Positions 27,201 to 33,648 of a DNA stretch of 64,000 nt are shown here, in pieces (the first letter of the stretch is position 1; each line of letters opens with the position of its first letter). Below the pieces are notes generated by a model that saw nothing but the letters and a program-made list of their open reading frames with translations, was not told the DNA's origin and did not search any database. The stretch is from assembly GCA_963802255.1 (NCBI GenBank), contig CAWDHY010000001.1, forward strand, positions 171,842 to 235,841, read 5' to 3'. A program made the position numbers and the translations under genes. This DNA comes from Candidatus Magasanikiibacteriota bacterium. Its GTDB lineage: Bacteria > Patescibacteriota > Patescibacteriia > Magasanikbacterales > GWA2-37-8.

Positions 27201-29791
27201 TCTTTATGACCGATGGCTGGCAGGCATCGAACGAAAGGATGAGAATCACAAGTGATGGTTTTGTTGGAATTGGCACAAAAACTCCTTCCACAACCTTGTC
27301 TGTAAATGGGACTTCAACAATGAAAAATGTTGTGCCGGCTTCAAGCTTAGCTTATGATTTGGGTAATTTTGAACGTAATTGGAATAGAGTATGGGCTACT
27401 TTATATAATATAAACAATCAGAATTCTTTGGCCGCGATTGAGTCCGTTGCGTCATATGGACCGACATCAACATCTATCAATGGCACTCTTTCTATCACAG
27501 ATCCGGATAATCCAAATCGCACCGGCCGTTATATGGATTCTTATAATATTGCCACATTGTTCCCTGGCATTCCTAGCGGTTCTTCTGTAACAGTATCATT
27601 AACTTCAGGTGTTTTTGATACATATTTACAAATTGTTTCTGATACCGGGTCAGTTACGTATAATGATGATGATGGCGGTTCCGGAACAAATTCATATTTG
27701 CAATTTACGTATGACGCCAGCTCAACCTATAGCATAGTCGCCACAAGTTATTCAAGTGGAGCAACCGGAGCATATAACCTTGCGGTGGATGTGGTAAATG
27801 CAGCTTTGGATGCGGGCATAGCTTTTTACGATGCAGTAAATGGAGGAGGAAACAACTTGCTTACCGTATTGAACAGCGGGAATGTCGGTATTGGAACTTC
27901 CACTCCGTCATCGGTGCTCACTTTGAGCGCAAATAAGGAAGACATGATTATGGTCAGTAATAGTTCAACTAATAATTCCTTATTGGTTGGTAAATATTTG
28001 TCCAAGAATTTTGGTATGTCTCTTGAGACCGGTGCGCAAATTCAATATAACTCATATTTCGGCGAAGAGTTTATGCGAAACCGGACCAGCCTTACTGCTG
28101 ATACTTTGAACGGTTGGGGAGATTTCCAGCAATTTACCACTGATGAAAATACTGCTTGTACATGGAATATAGTTAATGATGTAGTGAATGGTATTAGTCA
28201 ACAGCTAACCGGAGCGGGGAGTTCATGTTTGCTTTATCATGGCCAGGCGCTTGCAAATTCTCACTTGGTTTTTGACGCTGATAATTTACCGGTAATTTTG
28301 ATGAAATTGTACCCATCAGCTGATTCTGCGACGGCCCGTTTATGGGCAGGTATCAGCGACTTGGCACAAGCGCAAAATTCTGACCCAACAAATGGAATAT
28401 ATTTCACAAATAACACGGGCACAGGAGATTGGCGTGGTGTTACAAGGCGTGGTGGAACATCAACGAATGTTGAGTGTACCGGCCAGACAATAAATAATAC
28501 TGTATTTGCCATCGCAAAAATTGAAGTTGTCTCTTCAACCGGAGCCGGTGGAGGGTCGGTTAAATTCTATATTGATAATGATACGACAGATGGTATAAAT
28601 TGGACTTATTGTGGAGAATCAACAACTAATATCCCGACTGTTGGCCTGACTTCAATGCTCATGAACTATTCAACTGCGGCGCACTCGTTGTATGTTGATT
28701 ATTTCCGTATCTGGCAGGATGATTCTTCACCTGAAATTCCATCAGAGCCGGAAGAGATGAAAGAAATTCCGGAGATCTTGTCATTGGATGAAAGAATTGC
28801 ATTATTGGAGAGTGCTTTTGCATCCACAACCGCAGATTTGACCGAGATGAAGACCACGCTTGATAACCAAGGTATATTAGCAGGTGAACAAGCTGAACAA
28901 ATAGCTGAAATTATTGATTCGGTAAATATTTTAAATGTTTCATTAGATGAGACGAAGTCCATGATTGCCGCTATAAATGACAGGGTAATAGTTTTGGAAG
29001 ATACGGCGATTTCAACAGAGGCTTCATTTGCTGATCTTAATTTAGCCATTACTGATATTAATGTCAGATTAGAAGCTTTTGCGTCATCTACTGTAGGTAT
29101 GGATTTTAGCAGTGGTGTTTTTGGTGACCTTTTTGCCAATGCCCTCATTGTTGATAGTCTTGCGATATTTAACGGGCCGGTGAATATGAATAAGCACGTT
29201 ACCCTTGGGGAAGATACGGTCGGTCAGGCTCAGATTCTCGCAGGACACAGCTCAACCACTGTAACATTTGCTGAGCCATACGAAATATTGCCGATTATTT
29301 CAGTGACACCGCTTGATTTTGACGGAAAATGGAAACTCTCTGAAGTGACAACTTCCAGCTTTAAGATTTCAATAAATGAAATTCAGTATATTGATATCAC
29401 ATTTAATTGGCAGGCATTTGGCGCTTCACCAGAATCAAAAATATTTGTTTCGGACGGGACATCGCGATTAATTGGTCTGGTGATTGTCTATAGCCCACCG
29501 GCAGAGGAAACTCCGGTTGAAGAACCGGTCGTTGAACCACCGGCAGAGGAAACTCCGGTTGAAGAACCGGTCGTTGAACCACCGGCAGAGGAAACTCCGG
29601 TTGAAGAACCGGTCGTTGAACCACCGGCAGAGGAAACTCCGGTTGAAGAACCGGTCGTTGAACCACCGGCAGAGGAAACTCCGGTTGAAGAACCGGTCGT
29701 TGAACCACCGGCAGAGGAAACTCCGGTTGAAGAACCGGTCGTTGAACCACCGGCAGAGGAAACTCCGGTTGAAGGTGGTGGAGCGGAATAA
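18254..29791 (+). CDS. giant secreted repeat protein (3845 aa) with tail-fibre-like G[IV]GT[ST][ST]P repeats and beta-helix-like modules
   Basis: Uninterrupted 11.5-kb ORF. Probable start at 18296 (MKKTAKNIMLGVFILLVFLLADLASA, a signal peptide with ASA cleavage). About 15 copies of the motif xVGIGTTTP/IGIGTSTP. Two pectate-lyase-like beta-helix starts (SGGDFSDIGEAIAFANSSTYDVIVNIYPGIYEV and AKKTIGAAI..YLVKVAPGTYNENI). An internally duplicated ~50-aa module (GIGTTTPLAKLDIYGDLILSGSDRYLNFNN.. and GIATSSPLAPLDVYGNMILSGDNRYINFGT..). C-terminal (PAEETPVEEPVVEP)x6. Confidence 0.85.
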   Translation: MIWREKKQESNFWVMKKTAKNIMLGVFILLVFLLADLASAIPNAINYQARLRDNLGAPIIASTTVQFSIYNNLTGGAPTDTPGQSGPLLWTETYDQASGACVKVSPDANGYFTLTLGECVAFPGYLDFSSGTYYLGVKIDTDAEASPRVKLNSHPYALNSDRVDGFHATSTATANQLLALGNDLSFNIGTGSYSGAGISLTSSTATSSISGNLSVIGNSTFATATIDNLILTNPLTLTNLNFTNATGTNLSLTNLTVSGTSTLGIINAGTWQGSIIDPAYGGTGQDTSGWSGFVKLSAGVWSTSTISLTSDVSGILPIANGGTNASSFSPYQFLWFDGSQLTASGFTSSSFLTYGTDDWVDITGDTMTGALIINNDLSVTGTSTLATTSASNLRLGDAYLFPTDAPILVSYKQYTDLTNFEFFPAHAFIVDLLPTADSSSTINSLISLTTNENSTTSFDLIAGTLSQVIHNGSGVVGAAVGSLSVAELASATGSINFAVGVAGQVNNGIENSTYSGTINMAAGVLAMIENGIGGGTIGNAAGLMTNITIDDGFINSAYGARINNPTSNSASGTIGELYGLYIEEQNFATTSNYNIYSGGASSTNYFGGRVGIGTTTPSYNLHVVHNENYNGPLVTFENINNGASSTELMQFKVGNYGGGIGVAGENFSDWGLTNIAGYTALVSGFPGASGNGLALLAGQSGNIIFYSGGYGPPTMDTERMRIENDGRVAIGTSSTFEMLTVAGGINIGATTTPTSTAGTIAFNGTDFIGYTGSSWVSLTAGIGGVTGSGSIGQLSFWDSASSITGTTSLFWDDANGYLGIGTSTPASIFYAVEDNDSWTMAQVHNLNTGPSSTASLIVRVGEDWGGGLFQASPNFSDYGLANLAGYTVLLSGAPDIQSNGLALAATGDGNMIFYAGGNGPPTADVERMRIESNGFVGIGTSTPNYLLDIFSTSSTVDLFRASNGSTGLFTINNNGRVGIGTDVLTGNNRLQINVGSSTPTISAVSSVFEIDSESGDFSDFNFRLSTTGTGSYPAMYFSRSRGTLAVPEISQNNDILGENIFQGYFGTDFQKAATIRATVDGNPTTWAVPGKLSFFTAPDIATGTAPLERMTIRNTGDIGIGTTTPLAKLDIYGDLILSGSDRYLNFNNATGSDGYGLRDNGGRIQFKHESGSWEDLYGKINHIINVAKSGGDFSDIGEAIAFANSSTYDVIVNIYPGIYEVSSTLEITSSYIKGIRGMSLSGVILTPTDALVTAAEPVFDINFTSSSSNFSMSEFTIDGSGASGFKDTTGCDAINISSEGTDWLELEKLYISDVNRGIDLQVANLADIYHVDFYNIGNAGVYIDNGGILQVENSYMEESDTYYAYIDSTTGASEFYMVGSEFGSYNDSGTGLYMAGDNSYSEIRYSNMWGLDNNIVVNDASTVKVTASYLQKALTYNVVQNGDSTVNISSSDGAFSSTDISINNADNVYFYALAEEESTVLFGRHDNIDQDILKVDTGQALLPKLSYRKDYYGNSGLLFINDNPGEETMFGVQATSSWARLSAVSGDRGTGAALLLYSDTEDFGTTSSLRGWAMSRNGADANLIFSFDNSDTGDSKSVVEDNRVMELDGFNTQMLVKGGAIFNTSSGAFDFIVHGDSDDNLLFVQGSSDNIGIGTSTPGYKLTVDGDVNITGAYRINGVSLTTLNPGTLTGQFAYWDGSAWSPTSSVFISSDGKIGIGTTTPLNALSVSGGIYVASGTPANTDFALYNNNGQLYWNGLPVMGGSTSTYIIDSDGDTRVMTENSPDEDYIRFETAGVQRMVIDNNGLIAINTTTQDGRAMYIYGDINSDVTLALHNNNAGVSSTAELALYNDLGKIGGLAGLSSGWNDGLPGISGSLALYSVSDLLLSTMGAGGDIIFDVDPSDEFRSLTIAGVGGANAGYVGIATSSPLAPLDVYGNMILSGDNRYINFGTTTGVAGYGFRDNNGVMELRNINNNLNVWSEIVVGDALLEANVIYVSGESGNDVFSGMSPAKAKKTIGAAITAAAASTTANSTYLVKVAPGTYNENISMADYVRIEGSGRNTVVSGTITSNVNTSTVLEKIRVVSTNDYAIKLTGAGRTNLNNIVVEANYNNDAAVQAAVYQEKGTLYAMGGTSQYKLTRSNDAAGTKINTLFYLSGSNLIRSNILNLEAQVVTYDTTDDLSYIYTDNSNASSVATVKDAVVSFSVYGNPPANFIKYIYHSGASLNSYIDASFLTAVAIFPGTVNFVPAYIANSGSTSTVKITNSTFNWAGAGISENSVYLSAAITDKDQVSLVENSFGTVSDIFPVAYTTDGSSGTIRYFIENGLGNIQNTAFTTYNGSFGIGTSTPYDLLEIWGVDLTSSPTSSRNYITVVANGNGETGNYFRRVNSGGYDNGWSWYMPTSSMDFRLWDDSVGAEGDDVLTVQAGTGNIGIGTALYDPLNKLHVDGGIYLGDTASATSTYSLYNIGGALYWNGNLLMSAGGSAANWILASHNGLNLTTSTSIPVWFQDSVYASSSLYVDGGSYLATTTISNATVGYLVINNTVTTTNLVATGNITLGGVARNTWPSGGGGDSNWATTSASVLYPSLTPPYAVVIGASVTSSDVIFEVAGDSYMSGDLNVGGSLTIDGNFQADYFTAVSTTAISYLGGGMVLGDPNATGITGYERIILSDDIGAFSDFSFKVAGNGYPVFNLGSSGGTTAAPSLTGNNNNLGGLDFYGYDGAAWQKAGGIIGQADGTPGLNNMPGKIVFSTTPTGSATPADRMVIDSRGFVGIGTTTPSAPLHVVTATSGPAMTILQKTIAGATNLNFVTNNNKYWQLSKRDATQDDKFIFYYVNDSGLFTNILTLGATGTVGINNENPNAMLTISGTSTYPLLNIMTSSSATGMYISNIGNVGIGTTDPNYHKLRVYADDSDVSAEVKTASSSKVALFNLKAGGDTNVLQLGYYGSTTPGFAGIPPDSAVFDAVAPGGAYIINEASGAPIVFMTDGWQASNERMRITSDGFVGIGTKTPSTTLSVNGTSTMKNVVPASSLAYDLGNFERNWNRVWATLYNINNQNSLAAIESVASYGPTSTSINGTLSITDPDNPNRTGRYMDSYNIATLFPGIPSGSSVTVSLTSGVFDTYLQIVSDTGSVTYNDDDGGSGTNSYLQFTYDASSTYSIVATSYSSGATGAYNLAVDVVNAALDAGIAFYDAVNGGGNNLLTVLNSGNVGIGTSTPSSVLTLSANKEDMIMVSNSSTNNSLLVGKYLSKNFGMSLETGAQIQYNSYFGEEFMRNRTSLTADTLNGWGDFQQFTTDENTACTWNIVNDVVNGISQQLTGAGSSCLLYHGQALANSHLVFDADNLPVILMKLYPSADSATARLWAGISDLAQAQNSDPTNGIYFTNNTGTGDWRGVTRRGGTSTNVECTGQTINNTVFAIAKIEVVSSTGAGGGSVKFYIDNDTTDGINWTYCGESTTNIPTVGLTSMLMNYSTAAHSLYVDYFRIWQDDSSPEIPSEPEEMKEIPEILSLDERIALLESAFASTTADLTEMKTTLDNQGILAGEQAEQIAEIIDSVNILNVSLDETKSMIAAINDRVIVLEDTAISTEASFADLNLAITDINVRLEAFASSTVGMDFSSGVFGDLFANALIVDSLAIFNGPVNMNKHVTLGEDTVGQAQILAGHSSTTVTFAEPYEILPIISVTPLDFDGKWKLSEVTTSSFKISINEIQYIDITFNWQAFGASPESKIFVSDGTSRLIGLVIVYSPPAEETPVEEPVVEPPAEETPVEEPVVEPPAEETPVEEPVVEPPAEETPVEEPVVEPPAEETPVEEPVVEPPAEETPVEEPVVEPPAEETPVEGGGAE
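29495..29773 (+). repeat. perfect 42-bp tandem repeat (~6.6 copies), in-frame within the 3' end of the giant gene
   Basis: Unit ccaccggcagaggaaactccggttgaagaaccggtcgttgaa repeated with no mismatches. Encodes PAEETPVEEPVVEP repeats. Confidence 0.9.
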
Positions 29792-29881
29792 ATTTTTCCT
29801 TTAAAAGATAATGTATTTAAATATTTTGATATTCCCGATTTTTTTGTTATACTAATTACTATATAAATTAATATTTTTATT

Positions 29882-30394
29882 ATGCCAATAAGAAAAGTAT
29901 CAGCCGTAAGTGACGTTCAGAATGCACAACCATCTCATCGCGAACCCGCTAAAAAGGAAGAAAACAGCGCTGGAACGGCTGCCATGGTAATCGTGATTAT
30001 TATTGCCGTATTAGCAGTAGCCGGTTGTGTGCTGATGTATTTAAAATATTCAATTGCTCAAAAGAAAATTAATGAGATGGCCACCCCGCAAGGTCAGCAA
30101 GAGATGGCAAAAAAGGAAGTGCAGGATATATTGAAAAAAATTGGCGCGCATATTGTAATACCAACCGATGAAGAGCCGACAATAGCTACGGTCACGGATG
30201 CCGATGCCTTAAAGAAAGAACAGCCTTTTTATCGCGATGCGCAAAATGGCGATAAGGTAATTATCTTTATGCAGGCAAAAAAAGCAATTATATATAATGA
30301 AGGGAAAGATATCCTTGTGAATGTCGGGCCGATATTTGTAAACGAAACTGAAACTCCCGCGGCAAACGTGGAAGATATCAGTATTGATGAATGA
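29882..30394 (+). CDS. hypothetical single-pass membrane protein
   Basis: 170 aa. Charged N-terminus, one TM (AMVIVIIIAVLAVAGCVLMYL), acidic C-terminal domain. Confidence 0.5.
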   Translation: MPIRKVSAVSDVQNAQPSHREPAKKEENSAGTAAMVIVIIIAVLAVAGCVLMYLKYSIAQKKINEMATPQGQQEMAKKEVQDILKKIGAHIVIPTDEEPTIATVTDADALKKEQPFYRDAQNGDKVIIFMQAKKAIIYNEGKDILVNVGPIFVNETETPAANVEDISIDE

Positions 30395-30402
30395 GCTGGG
30401 TA

Positions 30403-30430
30403 TTGACAGTCTTAAGTGGAATAGTATAAA
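30403..30430 (+). promoter_or_regulatory. sigma70-like promoter of the thrS leader (TTGACA-16-TATAAA)
   Basis: ttgaca at 30403-30408, tataaa at 30425-30430. Sits immediately after the stop of the upstream gene. Confidence 0.4.
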
Positions 30431-30436
30431 TTATTA

Positions 30437-30662
30437 AAGTCGCGTTCGGATGAGGACCAGCCCAGTTAATTCCGGTATTGAAACGGAATTGAACATGGTA
30501 CCACCCTCAGAGCGGCTACAAATTGAATTCACCCCGTTAAATACGGCCGAAGGCAGTCCTCTCTTTGCGAGGAATTTAATGGGGTAAAGATAAACATTCG
30601 GGTGGAACCGTCTTATGAAAAATAGGACCCCGATATCTATAATTTAGGTATCGGGGTTTTTT
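30437..30662 (+). promoter_or_regulatory. T-box-like transcription-attenuation leader upstream of thrS
   Basis: ~285-nt leader between promoter and thrS ATG. T-box-like element AUUCGGGUGGAACCGUC (30595-30612; compare consensus AGGGUGGNACCGCG). An upstream segment GGUACCACCC (~30513-30522) is complementary to it (alternative pairing). ACC (Thr codon) lies in a candidate specifier region. Ends in a strong intrinsic terminator. Not validated by covariance model. Confidence 0.45.
30627..30662 (+). terminator. attenuator terminator hairpin preceding thrS
   Basis: accccgata-(13 nt loop)-tatcgggg followed by tttttt, 60 nt upstream of the thrS start. Confidence 0.6.
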
Positions 30663-30723
30663 ATAAATATTTATATATTTGACTGGATATATTTAAATCA
30701 ATTAATATTTTATAAATTTCTTT

Positions 30724-32505
30724 ATGAAGAATATTGAGATAATGCGCCATTCCTGTGCGCACATCATTGCCGCGGCAGTTAAATCGCTTTATCCGGAAGC
30801 TAAATTTGGCGTCGGTCCGGTGGTAGAAAACGGGTTTTATTATGACATAGATTTTCCAGAACCGATCGGTGAGGCGGAACTTGAAAATATTGAAATAAAG
30901 GCGCGTGAGCTGGTTACTCAGGGCATAAAATTTGAAAGAGAGGAGTTAGGGATAGACGAGGCTATAAAACTATTTAAGAAATTAAATCAGGATTATAAAG
31001 TTGAATTATTAAATGATTTAAAAAGCAAGGGCACAACCAGAGTGGACGATAAAGAGGAAATAGAATTATCCGGAGATACTGTTTCAGTATATAGAACCGG
31101 AGAATTTATTGATTTGTGCCGCGGGCCGCATTTGGACTCGGGTAAAGAGATTGGAGTATTTAAATTAACAAAATTAGCCGGTGCCTACTGGAGAGGGAAA
31201 AATGAGAATCCCCAGCTTCAAAGAATTTACGGGGTTTGTTTTGAAAAGCAAAAAGAACTGGATGATTATCTGGCAATGATAGCGGAAGCTGAGAAGCGAG
31301 ACCACCGAAAAATTGGCGCTGAACAAAAATTATTTTTTATTGACGACTCTGTGGGAAAAGGGCTGATCATGTGGCAACCCAATGGAACAATAATCAAAAA
31401 TGAGGTGGAAAAATTGGCTATTGAGAAAGAGCGCGAGGCAGGATATGCGCGCGTTTCAACTCCTCATATGGCAAAGGAAGAACTATTTTTAACTTCCGGC
31501 CATCTGCCGTACTACAAAGACAGTATGTACCCGTCTATGGTTATGGATGACGGAACATATTATTTGAAGGCGATGAACTGCCCGCACCATCATATTATAT
31601 TCCGTCATGAGATGCGTTCATACCGCGATTTGCCTGTGCGTATCGCTGAATATGGGACATGTTACCGCAATGAATTGTCGGGTACATTAGCCGGGCTTCT
31701 TCGCGTACGCGGCCTCAACATGAATGACGCACATATTTATTGCCGAAAAGACCAGATTAAGCAGGAGTTTAAAGGTGTGCTTGATTTAACTATTGAATAC
31801 TATAAAATTTTTGGCTTGAAAGATTACTGGTTCAGATTGTCAAAATGGAGCCCGAAACATTTGGATAAGTATGTTAATGAGCCTGATAATTGGGAATATA
31901 GCCAGCAGGTAATCCGGGAAGTACTGGAGGAAAGTGGAGTCAAGTTTGAAGAGGTTGATGATGAAGCGGCTTTTTATGGCCCTAAAGTGGATACACAGTT
32001 TCGCTCAGTTATCGGCCGCGAGGAATCCATGTCGACAATACAGCTGGATTTTGTAGCCAAAGAAAGGTTTAAACTTGTGTATACCGATGAAACCGGAAAG
32101 GATAATAACGAGGTATTTGTCATACACCGGGCGCCTCTTTCAACTCATGAACGATTTGTTGCATTTTTGATTGAACATTATGCCGGTGTTTGGCCGGTTT
32201 GGCTCGCACCTGTACAGGTGAGATTTATTCCGGTTTCGGAGAAGCATATGGATGGCGCGGCTGCATTGAACAAGGAACTATTTGATATGGGAATTAGGGC
32301 TGACATAGACGGTGCCAACGAGACTCTTGGTAACCGTGTGCGAAAGGCCGTTTCGGATAAGGTCCCATACATTGTGGTCATCGGGGATAAGGAACTTGAT
32401 GGAGAGGATTGGGTGATACGTATTCGCGGACAGGAAAAGCAGGAGAAAATGAGCAAACACAAATTTATTGAACGGATAGAGAGAGAAATAATTGAAAGAC
32501 AGTAG
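30724..32505 (+). CDS. thrS: threonine--tRNA ligase
   Basis: 593 aa. Begins with the ThrRS editing/second additional domain (RHSCAHIIAAAVKSLYPEAKFGVGPVVENGFYYD), class II catalytic core, C-terminal anticodon-binding domain (ERFVAFLIEHYAGVWPVWLAP). No N-terminal TGS domain. Confidence 0.95.
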   Translation: MKNIEIMRHSCAHIIAAAVKSLYPEAKFGVGPVVENGFYYDIDFPEPIGEAELENIEIKARELVTQGIKFEREELGIDEAIKLFKKLNQDYKVELLNDLKSKGTTRVDDKEEIELSGDTVSVYRTGEFIDLCRGPHLDSGKEIGVFKLTKLAGAYWRGKNENPQLQRIYGVCFEKQKELDDYLAMIAEAEKRDHRKIGAEQKLFFIDDSVGKGLIMWQPNGTIIKNEVEKLAIEKEREAGYARVSTPHMAKEELFLTSGHLPYYKDSMYPSMVMDDGTYYLKAMNCPHHHIIFRHEMRSYRDLPVRIAEYGTCYRNELSGTLAGLLRVRGLNMNDAHIYCRKDQIKQEFKGVLDLTIEYYKIFGLKDYWFRLSKWSPKHLDKYVNEPDNWEYSQQVIREVLEESGVKFEEVDDEAAFYGPKVDTQFRSVIGREESMSTIQLDFVAKERFKLVYTDETGKDNNEVFVIHRAPLSTHERFVAFLIEHYAGVWPVWLAPVQVRFIPVSEKHMDGAAALNKELFDMGIRADIDGANETLGNRVRKAVSDKVPYIVVIGDKELDGEDWVIRIRGQEKQEKMSKHKFIERIEREIIERQ

Positions 32506-32524
32506 ATAGTAATTGCTAGATTAA

Positions 32525-32553
32525 AAAACCTTCCGTTGCCTGGAAGGTTTTTT
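32525..32553. terminator. Rho-independent terminator (bidirectional)
   Basis: aaccttcc-gttgcct-ggaaggtt followed by tttttt. Confidence 0.6.
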
Positions 32554-32773
32554 AATCGTCTTTATTATTTTTCGGTTCCTTTTTTGCTTCCAGCATGGCT
32601 CTGGCAATCCTGTCAGATTTTCTTGTCTGTCCGAGATCGTCTGTTTCAGGCAATAAGACTCTGGTTATTGGCCCGTCAGCTTTAAATCCGCCGATCTCGG
32701 TCATGCGCGCAGAATCATTTTTTTTCTTCCCTTCTTTCAATTTCTCGCAGTACTGCATCAACAATATTATCAT
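32552..32773 (-). CDS. hypothetical small protein (possibly a frameshifted continuation of 32784-33101)
   Basis: 73-aa ORF ending at the terminator. Separated from the upstream ORF by 10 nt and a frame change. Confidence 0.25.
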   Translation of the reverse strand: MIILLMQYCEKLKEGKKKNDSARMTEIGGFKADGPITRVLLPETDDLGQTRKSDRIARAMLEAKKEPKNNKDD

Positions 32774-32783
32774 CTGGGGGCCT

Positions 32784-33101
32784 TTAGCTCAAGTGGAGGT
32801 CCAACTTTTCCGCAACTGGTGGTTCTTCGGCGTTTTGAGGGCCGCATGACATATGGGCTTTCATCTTCATCAGACAATACTTCTTTTTCTTTGGTAGGAG
32901 CCGGCGGTTTGGAATCAATTTTGGCACGTCTTTCCCCAAATCCTTAATTGGCATTCCAAATTCAATGTCAGCCGGAATATTTTCAGGTGTTTCGCCGGTT
33001 AAAACAGATAGTACATTATGAATACTAGCGCTTTTTGATATTTCTTTACCTGTTTTTTGGCGAAAATTAAATTGTCTTGGAGTTTCTTCTCGTTCTGACA
33101 T
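32784..33101 (-). CDS. hypothetical small protein
   Basis: 105-aa ORF in the same minus-strand operon. The C-terminal stretch looks low-complexity/out-of-frame. Confidence 0.3.
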   Translation of the reverse strand: MSEREETPRQFNFRQKTGKEISKSASIHNVLSVLTGETPENIPADIEFGMPIKDLGKDVPKLIPNRRLLPKKKKYCLMKMKAHMSCGPQNAEEPPVAEKLDLHLS

Positions 33102-33142
33102 ATTTTTTTACAAATAGCCCGCAATATGCGGGCGTATTTGTT

Positions 33143-33637
33143 TTAACCTGTTTTTTGATTTTTTTCGTTTCCGTAATCTTTTAAGTATGTATCAGTAGCA
33201 ACCTTGGCCCGATTAAACTGGTCGAGCCTTGTTTCTTCATCCGATTTTTTATTCACAATTTTTTTCTGCTCTTCTTCTTCAGTTTTTTGCATTTCAACTT
33301 CAGCATCAGTCATTTCGCTTATTCCGGCTTCGACTGTTTCGTCCACATCCAGGTCTTGAAACGCCTCAGCGATTTGTCCATCCTGGCTGCCGGTGTTATC
33401 CATTGCAGCGATACGCTTGTTAATTTCTTCAATCGCTTTTCTAGACTCTTCCGCATCTTTTGCAGCAAGAATTTGTTGTTTTTCTTGAGCGGCAATTTTT
33501 TTAGCCTCTGCTTCGGCGATTTGTCCGGCCTCGGCATTTTTTCCTAACCCTTGCCCGCGGCCACTGGTTTCCCAACTGTCGCTGTTTGCAGTATTTTCCT
33601 TATTAAAAGGATTAATCGGTTGGAATTTTTCACTCAT
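33143..33637 (-). CDS. hypothetical acidic coiled-coil-like protein
   Basis: 164 aa, highly charged (E/K/A-rich). Shares the motif DVDETVEAGISEMTDAEVEMQK with the upstream gene product (DVDKFVEAGLKEMTPEEVKEQK). Confidence 0.5.
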   Translation of the reverse strand: MSEKFQPINPFNKENTANSDSWETSGRGQGLGKNAEAGQIAEAEAKKIAAQEKQQILAAKDAEESRKAIEEINKRIAAMDNTGSQDGQIAEAFQDLDVDETVEAGISEMTDAEVEMQKTEEEEQKKIVNKKSDEETRLDQFNRAKVATDTYLKDYGNEKNQKTG

Positions 33638-33648
33638 ATAATTAATAT

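Noticed and set aside
18778-28512. Numerous 60-150-aa antisense ORFs inside the giant gene (e.g. 18778-19047, 22194-22517, 28699-29148)
   Set aside because: All lie within, and opposite to, a continuous 11.5-kb ORF with strong repeat and domain structure. No independent signals.
29495-29773. Possible CRISPR array (regular ~42-bp repeats)
   Set aside because: The repeats are directly tandem with no intervening unique spacers and are in-frame coding sequence (PAEETPVEEPVVEP). No cas genes are present.
29403-29804. ORFs 29403-29750 (-) and 29484-29804 (+) with highly repetitive translations
   Set aside because: They are alternative-frame or antisense readings of the perfect 42-bp tandem repeat inside the giant gene. 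They are artefacts of the repeat, not genes.
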